Assembly (NCBI GenBank): GCA_965208105.1
Contig: OZ242318.1
Location: 4,640,001 to 4,704,000 of the forward strand
Source: Candidatus Latescibacterota bacterium
GTDB taxonomy: Bacteria > Latescibacterota > UBA2968 > UBA8231
Direction: 5' to 3'
Length of the DNA: 64,000 nucleotides
Shown: in pieces, positions 38,249 through 45,675 of the stretch
Layout: each line of letters begins with the position of its first letter
Numbering within the stretch: position 1 is the stretch's first letter
The notes under the pieces: model-generated
Database searches by the model: none
The model's input: the letters and a program-made list of their open reading frames with translations, nothing else
Told to the model about the DNA's origin: nothing
Made by a program: the position numbers and the translations under genes

Positions 38249-39078
38249 AGGGCCGCCCTCCTGGGATCCAGGGCGTCCCGGAGTCCATCTCCCAGCAAGT
38301 TGAGGCCCAGGACCACGATGAAAATCGCCAATCCCGGGAAGGCCATCACCCATGGCGCCTTGAGCAGGAGTTCACGGCCTCCCGAGAGCATGGATCCCCA
38401 TTCGGGGGTTGGAGGCTGGGCGCCCAGCCCCAGGAAGCTGAGTCCGGCGGCGTCCAGTATGGCGGTTCCCAGGCTCAAGGTGGACTGCACGACGAGGGGC
38501 GCCGCACAATTGGGCAGCACATTGTGCCAGATGACGTGCAGGTCTCCAGCGCCGAGGGCCCGAGCTGCTTCGATATAGGCCTTCTCGCGGATGGACAGCA
38601 CCGTGGCGCGGACGAGGCGGGCGTACTGGGGCACCATGACAATGCTCACAGCCACCATGACGTTCTCGATTCCCGGCCCGATCATGGCCACTACGGCCAG
38701 GGCGAGAAGAATGCTGGGGAAGGCAAGCACCATGTCCATGAGCCTCATTACCGAAGCGTCGACCAGGCCGCCGCGGTAACCGGCAACCAGCCCCAGCATG
38801 GTGCCCACGGTCAAGGCGATGGAGATGGAGACCAGGCCTATCCGAAGTGAGATGCGCGCGCCGTAGATGATGCGGCTCAGGATGTCGCGACCGAAGTCGT
38901 CGGTGCCCAGAGGGTTGGCCAGCGAGGGTGTCTGCAGGCGCTGGTAGGGATGTTGTTCCAGCGGATGATGTGGAGCGAGAACAGGGGCAAGCACGGCCGC
39001 CATTACCAGTGCGAGCACAATCCCGGCCCCGAAAAGCGCGAGGCGGTGCCGCTTGAAATGGCGCAATAGATCGAGCAT
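38245..39078 (-). CDS. dppC: dipeptide/oligopeptide ABC transporter permease DppC
   Basis: 'LGTDDFGRDILSRIIYGARISL', 'YIEAARALGA' and 'LSFLGLGAQPPTPEWG'. Confidence 0.9.
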   Translation of the reverse strand: MLDLLRHFKRHRLALFGAGIVLALVMAAVLAPVLAPHHPLEQHPYQRLQTPSLANPLGTDDFGRDILSRIIYGARISLRIGLVSISIALTVGTMLGLVAGYRGGLVDASVMRLMDMVLAFPSILLALAVVAMIGPGIENVMVAVSIVMVPQYARLVRATVLSIREKAYIEAARALGAGDLHVIWHNVLPNCAAPLVVQSTLSLGTAILDAAGLSFLGLGAQPPTPEWGSMLSGGRELLLKAPWVMAFPGLAIFIVVLGLNLLGDGLRDALDPRRAAL

Positions 39079-39418
39079 GGCCGTCAATGCTGTTTGTCCT
39101 CTACTGCCTCCACCTGTATCCCGCAATGGCTCAAGCACCAGGATTGTCCTCAAAACCACCAATCGGCGATTTTTCCTTGCGGGTCTTCGTGATCATGCGG
39201 ATAAACTCCCGGGTCCGATAGGGCAGAGATTCCCGGCACGGAGTTCACCGGAAATATAACCCCGGGGGAGACCAGCGCAAAAGACCCCTCTGTCCCTTCA
39301 GGTTCAGATTCTGGGGGACCCGACCCGCGGTTCCGGCCTTCCAGAGCCTTCGGTTGCCGGCCGCAGGTGCAATGCTTATCATTTGCCGGCCGCAAAGCCC
39401 GAAGGCCACCTATCGACT

Positions 39419-40753
39419 ATGCGCAAGTACCCGATCAGCGGCTGGGGTCTCTACCCGATTGTAAAAGCCTGCAAAAGCAAAGCCCGCTACTCACAGGACT
39501 TGGTCGACTTTGCCCTCGGGAAAAAGCCCATGCTGCCCCAGGGCAACTGCCGCAGCTACGGCGATGCCTGCCTCTTCGATCGAGTTGTTTCCACCCTTCC
39601 CCTGAACCACCTGCTCAGCTTCGACCCGACCACGGGAATTCTGTGCGCCGAAGCGGGCATTACCCTTGATGAAATCATCCGCTTTGCGCTTCCGCGCGGC
39701 TGGTTTCTACCTGTAACTCCCGGCACCAAGTTTCCCACTCTGGGAGGCTGCATCGCGGCGGATGTCCACGGAAAGAACCATCACGGGGAGGGGGCGATTT
39801 CCTCATTCGTCCTCCAATTGGATATGGTTCTGGCCGATGGTTCCCAAGTCCGCTGTTCGCCGCGAACCAACAGCGACCTGTTTCGCGCTACTCTGGGGGG
39901 TATGGGACTCACTGGTTTTATCTACGCGGTTGCGCTGCGCCTCAGGAAGGTCTCTTCGGCTTACATCCGGGTGAGATCCCTCAAGACCGCCAGCCTTGCC
40001 GAAACCTGCTCGGTTTTGGAAGAAACCGGAGCAGGCTATCTATACTCCGTAGCCTGGGTCGACTGCCTGTCAAGAGGAGGAAGGTCCGGGCGCGGCCTGG
40101 TCATTCTGGGCAATCATGCTCCTGCAGACGAGCTGGGCTCGAACACTCCCTTTCGTCTGCATTCTGCAGGAAAGCCCTTCCTGCCATTCCACCTTCCCCG
40201 GCTGGCGATCAATCGCTGGTCCGTGCGGATTTTCAACGCATTCTACTATCACAAGCAACTGCGCCGGAGCGGGGACGCCCTGGTACACTACGATCGCTTC
40301 TTTTTTCCCCTGGACGCCGTCGGCCACTGGAATCGAATCTATGGCCGCTGCGGCTTCCTCCAATACCAGTTCGTCGTTCCGCTTGCGGGCGGAGGTGAAA
40401 TCGTAAAGGAGATTCTGCGGTCAATCGCGACCAGCGGAATGGCTCCGTCACTCGCCGTGTTGAAAATTCTAGGGACCCGGCAAGGCGGCCTCCTGTCCTT
40501 TCCCATGCCGGGATACACGTTGGCCCTGGATTTCCAGGTCGGGGATGGAGCCATCATTCCCCGGCTGCGCGAGCTCGACGAGCTGGTCCTGCAGGCGGGC
40601 GGCCGCATCTACCTGGCCAAGGACGCCATTCTCCAAAGGCCGAACTTCGAAGCCATGTATCCGGGTCTGGAGGAGTTCAGGAGAATCAAGCGGCGGTACG
40701 ACCCCGAAAACCTTTTCCGCTCCCATCAATCGGAGCGCCTGGGTATATCGTGA
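39419..40753 (+). CDS. FAD-linked oxidoreductase, DprE1-like (polyprenylphosphoryl-ribose oxidase)
   Basis: 'GNCRSYGD', 'LPVTPGTKFPTLGGCIAADVHGKNHH', 'WNRIYG..GFLQYQF' and 'GGRIYLAKD'. Confidence 0.85.
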   Translation: MRKYPISGWGLYPIVKACKSKARYSQDLVDFALGKKPMLPQGNCRSYGDACLFDRVVSTLPLNHLLSFDPTTGILCAEAGITLDEIIRFALPRGWFLPVTPGTKFPTLGGCIAADVHGKNHHGEGAISSFVLQLDMVLADGSQVRCSPRTNSDLFRATLGGMGLTGFIYAVALRLRKVSSAYIRVRSLKTASLAETCSVLEETGAGYLYSVAWVDCLSRGGRSGRGLVILGNHAPADELGSNTPFRLHSAGKPFLPFHLPRLAINRWSVRIFNAFYYHKQLRRSGDALVHYDRFFFPLDAVGHWNRIYGRCGFLQYQFVVPLAGGGEIVKEILRSIATSGMAPSLAVLKILGTRQGGLLSFPMPGYTLALDFQVGDGAIIPRLRELDELVLQAGGRIYLAKDAILQRPNFEAMYPGLEEFRRIKRRYDPENLFRSHQSERLGIS

Positions 40754-41493
40754 CCGGGCGTGCCCTGATCCTTGGTGCCAAATCGGCCATTGCCCGTGCA
40801 ATAGCCCGAGGCCTCAGCGAGGAGGGGTGGGACCTGATCCTGGCGGCGCGGGACGTGGATCGGCTCGAACCATTCGCCGCCGATATCAGGCTGCGCACGC
40901 AACGGCAGGCCGGCTTGGTCGAATTCGACGCTCTCGCGGACGCTTCGCTTTCCTCTCTGCCCGCCAGCCTGCAGCGGAACTTCGGCGAGTTCGACCTGGT
41001 GGTTCTGGCTTTCGGATACCTGGGCGATCAGCAAAGGGCCAGCGGGGATACAGCGGAGATCGAGAAGATTCTACGAACCAACTTCACCGCCGCGGCCGTC
41101 GTCCTCAGCCACTTCGCGAACCATCTCGTAGAGCGCGGCAGGCCCGGCGGCATAATTGCCGTCAGTTCGGTGGCAGGTGACCGGGGACGGCAGAGCAACT
41201 ACTTTTACGGCGCGGCCAAAGGCGCACTGTCGTTGTTCCTGCAGGGCCTGCGGAACAGGCTGGCTCGCACCCAGGTCCACGTGCTGACCGTTAAACCCGG
41301 CTTCGTCCATTCACCAATGACGGCCCATATGGAGGGCATGTTTCTGGTGGCTGAACCGGAAAGGGTGGCAGGGGATATCTTGAGAGCATACAAAAAGAGG
41401 CGGGACGTCCTCTACACTCCGTGGTACTGGCGCTACATAATGCTCCTGGTCAAGTGTATTCCCGAGTGCGTTTTCAAGCGTCTGCAGCTGTAA
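40750..41493 (+). CDS. SDR oxidoreductase, DprE2-like
   Basis: 'ILGAKSAIARA', 'SSVAGDRGRQSNYFYGAAKG' and 'KPGFV.SPMT'. GTGA overlap with the DprE1-like gene. Confidence 0.85.
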   Translation: MTGRALILGAKSAIARAIARGLSEEGWDLILAARDVDRLEPFAADIRLRTQRQAGLVEFDALADASLSSLPASLQRNFGEFDLVVLAFGYLGDQQRASGDTAEIEKILRTNFTAAAVVLSHFANHLVERGRPGGIIAVSSVAGDRGRQSNYFYGAAKGALSLFLQGLRNRLARTQVHVLTVKPGFVHSPMTAHMEGMFLVAEPERVAGDILRAYKKRRDVLYTPWYWRYIMLLVKCIPECVFKRLQL

Positions 41494-43669
41494 CTTCCAG
41501 ATTTTCGGGGTTGCTCCTCAGACCATCCCCGGTTTCCTCCAGTCCACCTGTCTCACCTCGCAAGCGCTGCATCAAGGTCGTGTAGCGCAATGCCACTGCA
41601 TCGTTTTCCACAGCCAGGTTGAGCGCCTTTTGGGTTCCAACCACCACGATCATCTCTTTTGCCCGCGTGAATGCGGTATATAGAAGGTTGCGCTGCAACA
41701 TCACATAGTGCTGCGTAGTCAGCGGCATGACCACCACTGGAAACTCTGAACCCTGTGCCCTGTGAGTGCTGATCGCGTAGGCCAGGGTCATTTCGTCCAG
41801 TTCGGCAAAATCGTAGCTCAGAGAACTGTCAAATTTTATCCTCATCTGCTGTTCATCCATGTCCAACCCGGCGATTATTCCCGTATCGCCGTTGAAAACT
41901 CCCTTGTCGTAGTTGTTCTTGACCTGCATCACTTTGTCTCCCACCCGAAGCTCCACGCCGCCATGATTGTAGGACTGACCATGGGGGTTGAGACGCTGTT
42001 GGAGGCGCAAGTTCAAATTGACAGCCCCGGTCTCACCACGGTACATGGGGGTAATCACCTGAATGTCGCGCATGGGGTCATGGCCGCGGCCCGGCAACCG
42101 GCGGGCGCACAAATCCTCGATCAGTTCCGCGGACCGGGCGGGGTCTTCCTCTTCCAGGAAGAAAAAGTCCGATGCCTCCCTGTTGCTGATTGAGGGCGGC
42201 TCTCCGCGGTTTACCCGGTGAGCGTTGAGAACAATCTGGCTCTCCCGGGCCTGCCGGAAGATTTCTGTCAATCGCACCACTGGCACGGTTCCGGAGGCGA
42301 TAATGTCCCTGAGCACGTTGCCCGGACCCACCGAGGGCAGCTGGTCTATGTCTCCAACAATCACCAGATGGGCGGTATCGGGAATGGCCTGCAGCAGAGA
42401 GTGCATCAAGGCTACGTCGATCATGGAGGCTTCGTCGACTATCAGAGCATCCACCTCCAGACGGTTGTCGTAGTTCTTTCGGAATGCTCTCTCGGCGGGG
42501 ATGAACTCGAGGAGGCGGTGGATGGTCCTGGCCTCCCTGCCCGTGGCCTCGGCCAGGCGCTTGGCCGCCCTACCAGTAGGCGAGCACAGGGCGACCTCAA
42601 GGCCTTTGGACTCGAACAAGGCGAGGATTTCTCTTGTTATGGTGGTCTTTCCCGTGCCCGGGCCACCAGTCAGCACGATTACCTTTTTCCTGGCCGCCAG
42701 GCCTATGGCCTCCCACTGGCTGGGAGACAATTGCAGGCCTTCTCCACTACCGGTGTGGCGGGGGGAATCGAGCTTGACCGCGGCCGGTGTCCGCAGCAGG
42801 CGCTTGAGGGAGGAGGCCAATCCTACCTCGGCGTAGTAGAGCGGTGGCAGGTAATAGCGCAAGTCCTCTTTGGAGATTCCGTCGTCGGCTCGCAGGGTTT
42901 CCAGTGCGGGAGGAAAGAGTTCCGCGTTGACCCCCAGAATGTCCTTGCACTGTTGCATCAGGACCTCAACCGGCAGAAATACGTGGCCTTCCTCGGATCC
43001 CCGGACGAGCAGGTATCGCATTCCCGCCTGAATCCTCTCCGGGGCGTCCGCGGCCAGACCCATGTTCCTGGCGATCCGGTCGGCGATCCGGAAGCCGATT
43101 CCAACAATATCGCGCTCCAGGCGGTATGGATTCTCCCGAACCCGTTGGATCGCTTCCTGGCCGTACTGTTTGAATATCTTGACTGCATAGCCGGTGGTGA
43201 TCCCATGCGACTGCAGAAAAACCATCACGTCCTTGATCCGGCGCTGGTCTTTCCAGGCCCGTGCGATCAGGTCCACCCGGCTTTTGCCCAGTTTGTCAAC
43301 CTCGAGAAGGCGGTATGGGTCGGCATCGATGATCTCCAGGGTCTGGGCGCCGAAATGCGCCACGATGCGCCTGGCGGAAACGGGTCCTATGCCCTTGATC
43401 AGGCCTGATCCCAGGTACTTCTGAATGCCTTCAAGAGTCGAGGGGTGGACCTGCCTGTAGCTCTCGATTTTGAATTGGCGGCCGTACTTTGGATGGCTTA
43501 CCCAATCTCCATCTACTTCGATGGTCTCCCCTTCCTTGAGGGCCGCCACCGAGCCCACCACGGTAATCCGTTCCCGCTTGCCCTCGGGTACAAGGCGAGC
43601 GATCATGTACCCGCTTTCCTCGTTGAAATAGGTAATCAGGTCAATACAGCCCTTGATGGATTCGCTCAT
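41474..43669 (-). CDS. recD2: ATP-dependent RecD2 DNA helicase
   Basis: 'HPKYGRQF', HhH 'IKGIGP', Walker A 'GGPGTGKTT', 'VDEASM', 'QLPSVGPG' and 'HRAQGSEF'. Confidence 0.95.
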   Translation of the reverse strand: MSESIKGCIDLITYFNEESGYMIARLVPEGKRERITVVGSVAALKEGETIEVDGDWVSHPKYGRQFKIESYRQVHPSTLEGIQKYLGSGLIKGIGPVSARRIVAHFGAQTLEIIDADPYRLLEVDKLGKSRVDLIARAWKDQRRIKDVMVFLQSHGITTGYAVKIFKQYGQEAIQRVRENPYRLERDIVGIGFRIADRIARNMGLAADAPERIQAGMRYLLVRGSEEGHVFLPVEVLMQQCKDILGVNAELFPPALETLRADDGISKEDLRYYLPPLYYAEVGLASSLKRLLRTPAAVKLDSPRHTGSGEGLQLSPSQWEAIGLAARKKVIVLTGGPGTGKTTITREILALFESKGLEVALCSPTGRAAKRLAEATGREARTIHRLLEFIPAERAFRKNYDNRLEVDALIVDEASMIDVALMHSLLQAIPDTAHLVIVGDIDQLPSVGPGNVLRDIIASGTVPVVRLTEIFRQARESQIVLNAHRVNRGEPPSISNREASDFFFLEEEDPARSAELIEDLCARRLPGRGHDPMRDIQVITPMYRGETGAVNLNLRLQQRLNPHGQSYNHGGVELRVGDKVMQVKNNYDKGVFNGDTGIIAGLDMDEQQMRIKFDSSLSYDFAELDEMTLAYAISTHRAQGSEFPVVVMPLTTQHYVMLQRNLLYTAFTRAKEMIVVVGTQKALNLAVENDAVALRYTTLMQRLRGETGGLEETGDGLRSNPENLEVTAADA

Positions 43670-43699
43670 CGGTTTCCTGGGGATTTTTACAATGAAAAT

Positions 43700-44302
43700 T
43701 CAGGCCGAGAAGATTCCTTCAATCCACAGGGTCAGCCCCAGAATCAATCCCGTCGCCACCCCACCCAAAAGGGCTCCCGCCGCCACCTGTGCAGCAGTAT
43801 GGTAGCCGAGGCGCAGGCGGGCCCATGCCACCAGCGGCAGTGCCGGGGCAAGCGGCCACATGCCCGTTCCTCCGGCAAGCCAGAGGATCAGGAGTCCACC
43901 TCCCACTCCCGTTGCATGGATGCTGATCTTCCAATGTCTGTTGATCATCCATACCAGAAACGTGTTGCAGAAGAACGCACATCCCGCACCGATCAGGAGA
44001 CCAGGTGCGCCTAGCAGGAACAGCAATAAACACCCGAGGAAGTAGCAGATTGCTCCCAGCAGCAGCAGCCGCCCTCTTTGATTCCCATCACTTGGGTAGA
44101 GGTGGTCAATGTAGCCGGTTCGCCGCAGACGTACCAGTATGATTCCGGGAAGGATGGAAAAGAGCAGTACTCCCGCGCTACCCGCCGTCCATGCAGCTTT
44201 ATCAAGCCAGGTCAAGCCTGCGAACACCACCAGCCCGACCATGGATGGATTCAACGCGTGGGAAATCAGGTGGGCCAGTTTGTCGAGTCGATGGGGATGC
44301 AT
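43700..44302 (-). CDS. PAP2-superfamily membrane protein
   Basis: About 6 TM helices, with 'WKISIHA' (C2-like) and 'WARLRLGYHTAAQV..G' (C3-like). Confidence 0.65.
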   Translation of the reverse strand: MHPHRLDKLAHLISHALNPSMVGLVVFAGLTWLDKAAWTAGSAGVLLFSILPGIILVRLRRTGYIDHLYPSDGNQRGRLLLLGAICYFLGCLLLFLLGAPGLLIGAGCAFFCNTFLVWMINRHWKISIHATGVGGGLLILWLAGGTGMWPLAPALPLVAWARLRLGYHTAAQVAAGALLGGVATGLILGLTLWIEGIFSA

Positions 44303-44308
44303 CCCCTC

Positions 44309-44737
44309 TCACCTGGACCATTTCTTCCCGCTGGCTGTCCCCTTGTCCACCGCTTTCTTCTGACCGTCGAGGAGAAACCCGACAAACCGTTTCTCTCCCA
44401 AGGTCTTGAGGTAGGACAACAGTGAAACTTCGGCTTCCTTGCGGTTGAGTTGGTATTTCTTGCCCAGGGACTCGATCATCTTGCCGACCGGGGTGCGGCC
44501 GTTGCACATCTGCCAGACCTCGGTGCCCACTTCATCCAGGGTGATCTTTCGCTCTTTGGGGATATAGAAGACTTTGGAGAGAATGCGGACTTTCCAGGTG
44601 TCCTGACGGCGTATCGTGATCTGCACTTCGCCGTCTTCGTTGGCTTCCCAATCTAGCGCCTCATTGCGTGCCGGCCGTGAAGCCAGCATGGCTTCGCGGC
44701 TCAGCTTCGGTTTTCTTTTCGTGGCAAAAATACCCAT
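44309..44737 (-). CDS. stand-alone PqqD-family / RiPP recognition element (RRE) protein
   Basis: 'ITLDEVGTEVWQMCNGRTPVGKMIESL...EAEVSLLSYLKTLGEKRFV' is the PqqD wHTH consensus (LxxxGxxVWxxxDGxxTV..I...L). Confidence 0.82.
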   Translation of the reverse strand: MGIFATKRKPKLSREAMLASRPARNEALDWEANEDGEVQITIRRQDTWKVRILSKVFYIPKERKITLDEVGTEVWQMCNGRTPVGKMIESLGKKYQLNRKEAEVSLLSYLKTLGEKRFVGFLLDGQKKAVDKGTASGKKWSR

Positions 44738-45671
44738 TGATCACCTTTTGGACTAGATCGCCGGCTTTGTCTTTTTTGCGGTACAGGTGGTCGACAATAC
44801 AGATTTTATTGGCCTGCTCGCAGTGCCAGACTCTGCTGTCCAGGTACTGACGGGGGCGAGGATTGATAAGCGGCAGTGGCCGCAGAAGCTGGCGCCAGCG
44901 ACTCCGCGGCCGTCCCTCCACCCGCAGACCTTCATGCGAAGCCACCTCCTCTGCAGCGACGTCATAATTGAAGTCGCGCAACTGTTTTTTAAAGAAACTT
45001 GGATACCAGTCAATGAGGGTGGTGTGCTTGAGCAGCATGGCGGCCATGCTCAGGCGCTGGACCCGGCACACTTGCTTCCCCCGCTCGAAGGACAGCTGGA
45101 TGTGGCCCGACTTCAACTCGTGCCCATTGAGCTTGAAGTCGACCGGCGTGAAGAATTTCAGTCCATAAATACTCCAGAAAAGATGATCGTTGCGGGGGTG
45201 GTCCTGCAGCGAACGCAATACGGTTCCGACCACCTCCTCAATATTCTCGCGTGGCTTGCAGAGGAGGCGAACGAGAACGACCCGGCCGCAGTCCCTGCAG
45301 GCTCGGGCCAGATTGTAGGCGCGGAAGTCAGCATCCCAGGTGAAGGTCTCGTAATCGCTTTCCTCCAGCCAGGTCTTGTCTCTGAGGAACCTGGCGCGGC
45401 GCTTGATGGAAAAGGAGGTGCCTTCTTTTCTGGCTTTTTTCTCCAAGCTCTCGGCGTATCGGTCGACGATCTCGGAGACCCCCAGACTTCCCCTTGCCTT
45501 CCCTTTGCCCTCGCGCCATTCGATCTCGGCGCGCACGATCTCGGCATCGTCGAGGCGCGCGTAGCCGCTCTTGTAGTCCCCGCTTACCCTTCCAAGGTTC
45601 CAGTCCTCGGGAACCCGCAGATAGATTCCCTGCCAGCCGAAGTCCGCCCACTTTGTCGGTGCAAGGGTCAT
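44661..45671 (-). CDS. hypothetical protein, two PsbP/Mog1/DcrB-like repeats (putative)
   Basis: Internal repeat 'WQGIYLRVPEDWNL...KSGYARL' / 'IYGLKFFTPVDFKL...KSGHIQL'. No signal peptide. Starts 4 bp after the OPT gene. Confidence 0.6.
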   Translation of the reverse strand: MTLAPTKWADFGWQGIYLRVPEDWNLGRVSGDYKSGYARLDDAEIVRAEIEWREGKGKARGSLGVSEIVDRYAESLEKKARKEGTSFSIKRRARFLRDKTWLEESDYETFTWDADFRAYNLARACRDCGRVVLVRLLCKPRENIEEVVGTVLRSLQDHPRNDHLFWSIYGLKFFTPVDFKLNGHELKSGHIQLSFERGKQVCRVQRLSMAAMLLKHTTLIDWYPSFFKKQLRDFNYDVAAEEVASHEGLRVEGRPRSRWRQLLRPLPLINPRPRQYLDSRVWHCEQANKICIVDHLYRKKDKAGDLVQKVINGYFCHEKKTEAEPRSHAGFTAGTQ

Positions 45672-45675
45672 GGAC

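Noticed and set aside
36959-38578. 539-aa + strand ORF
   Set aside because: Antisense to the TPR and dppC genes, with no family signature.
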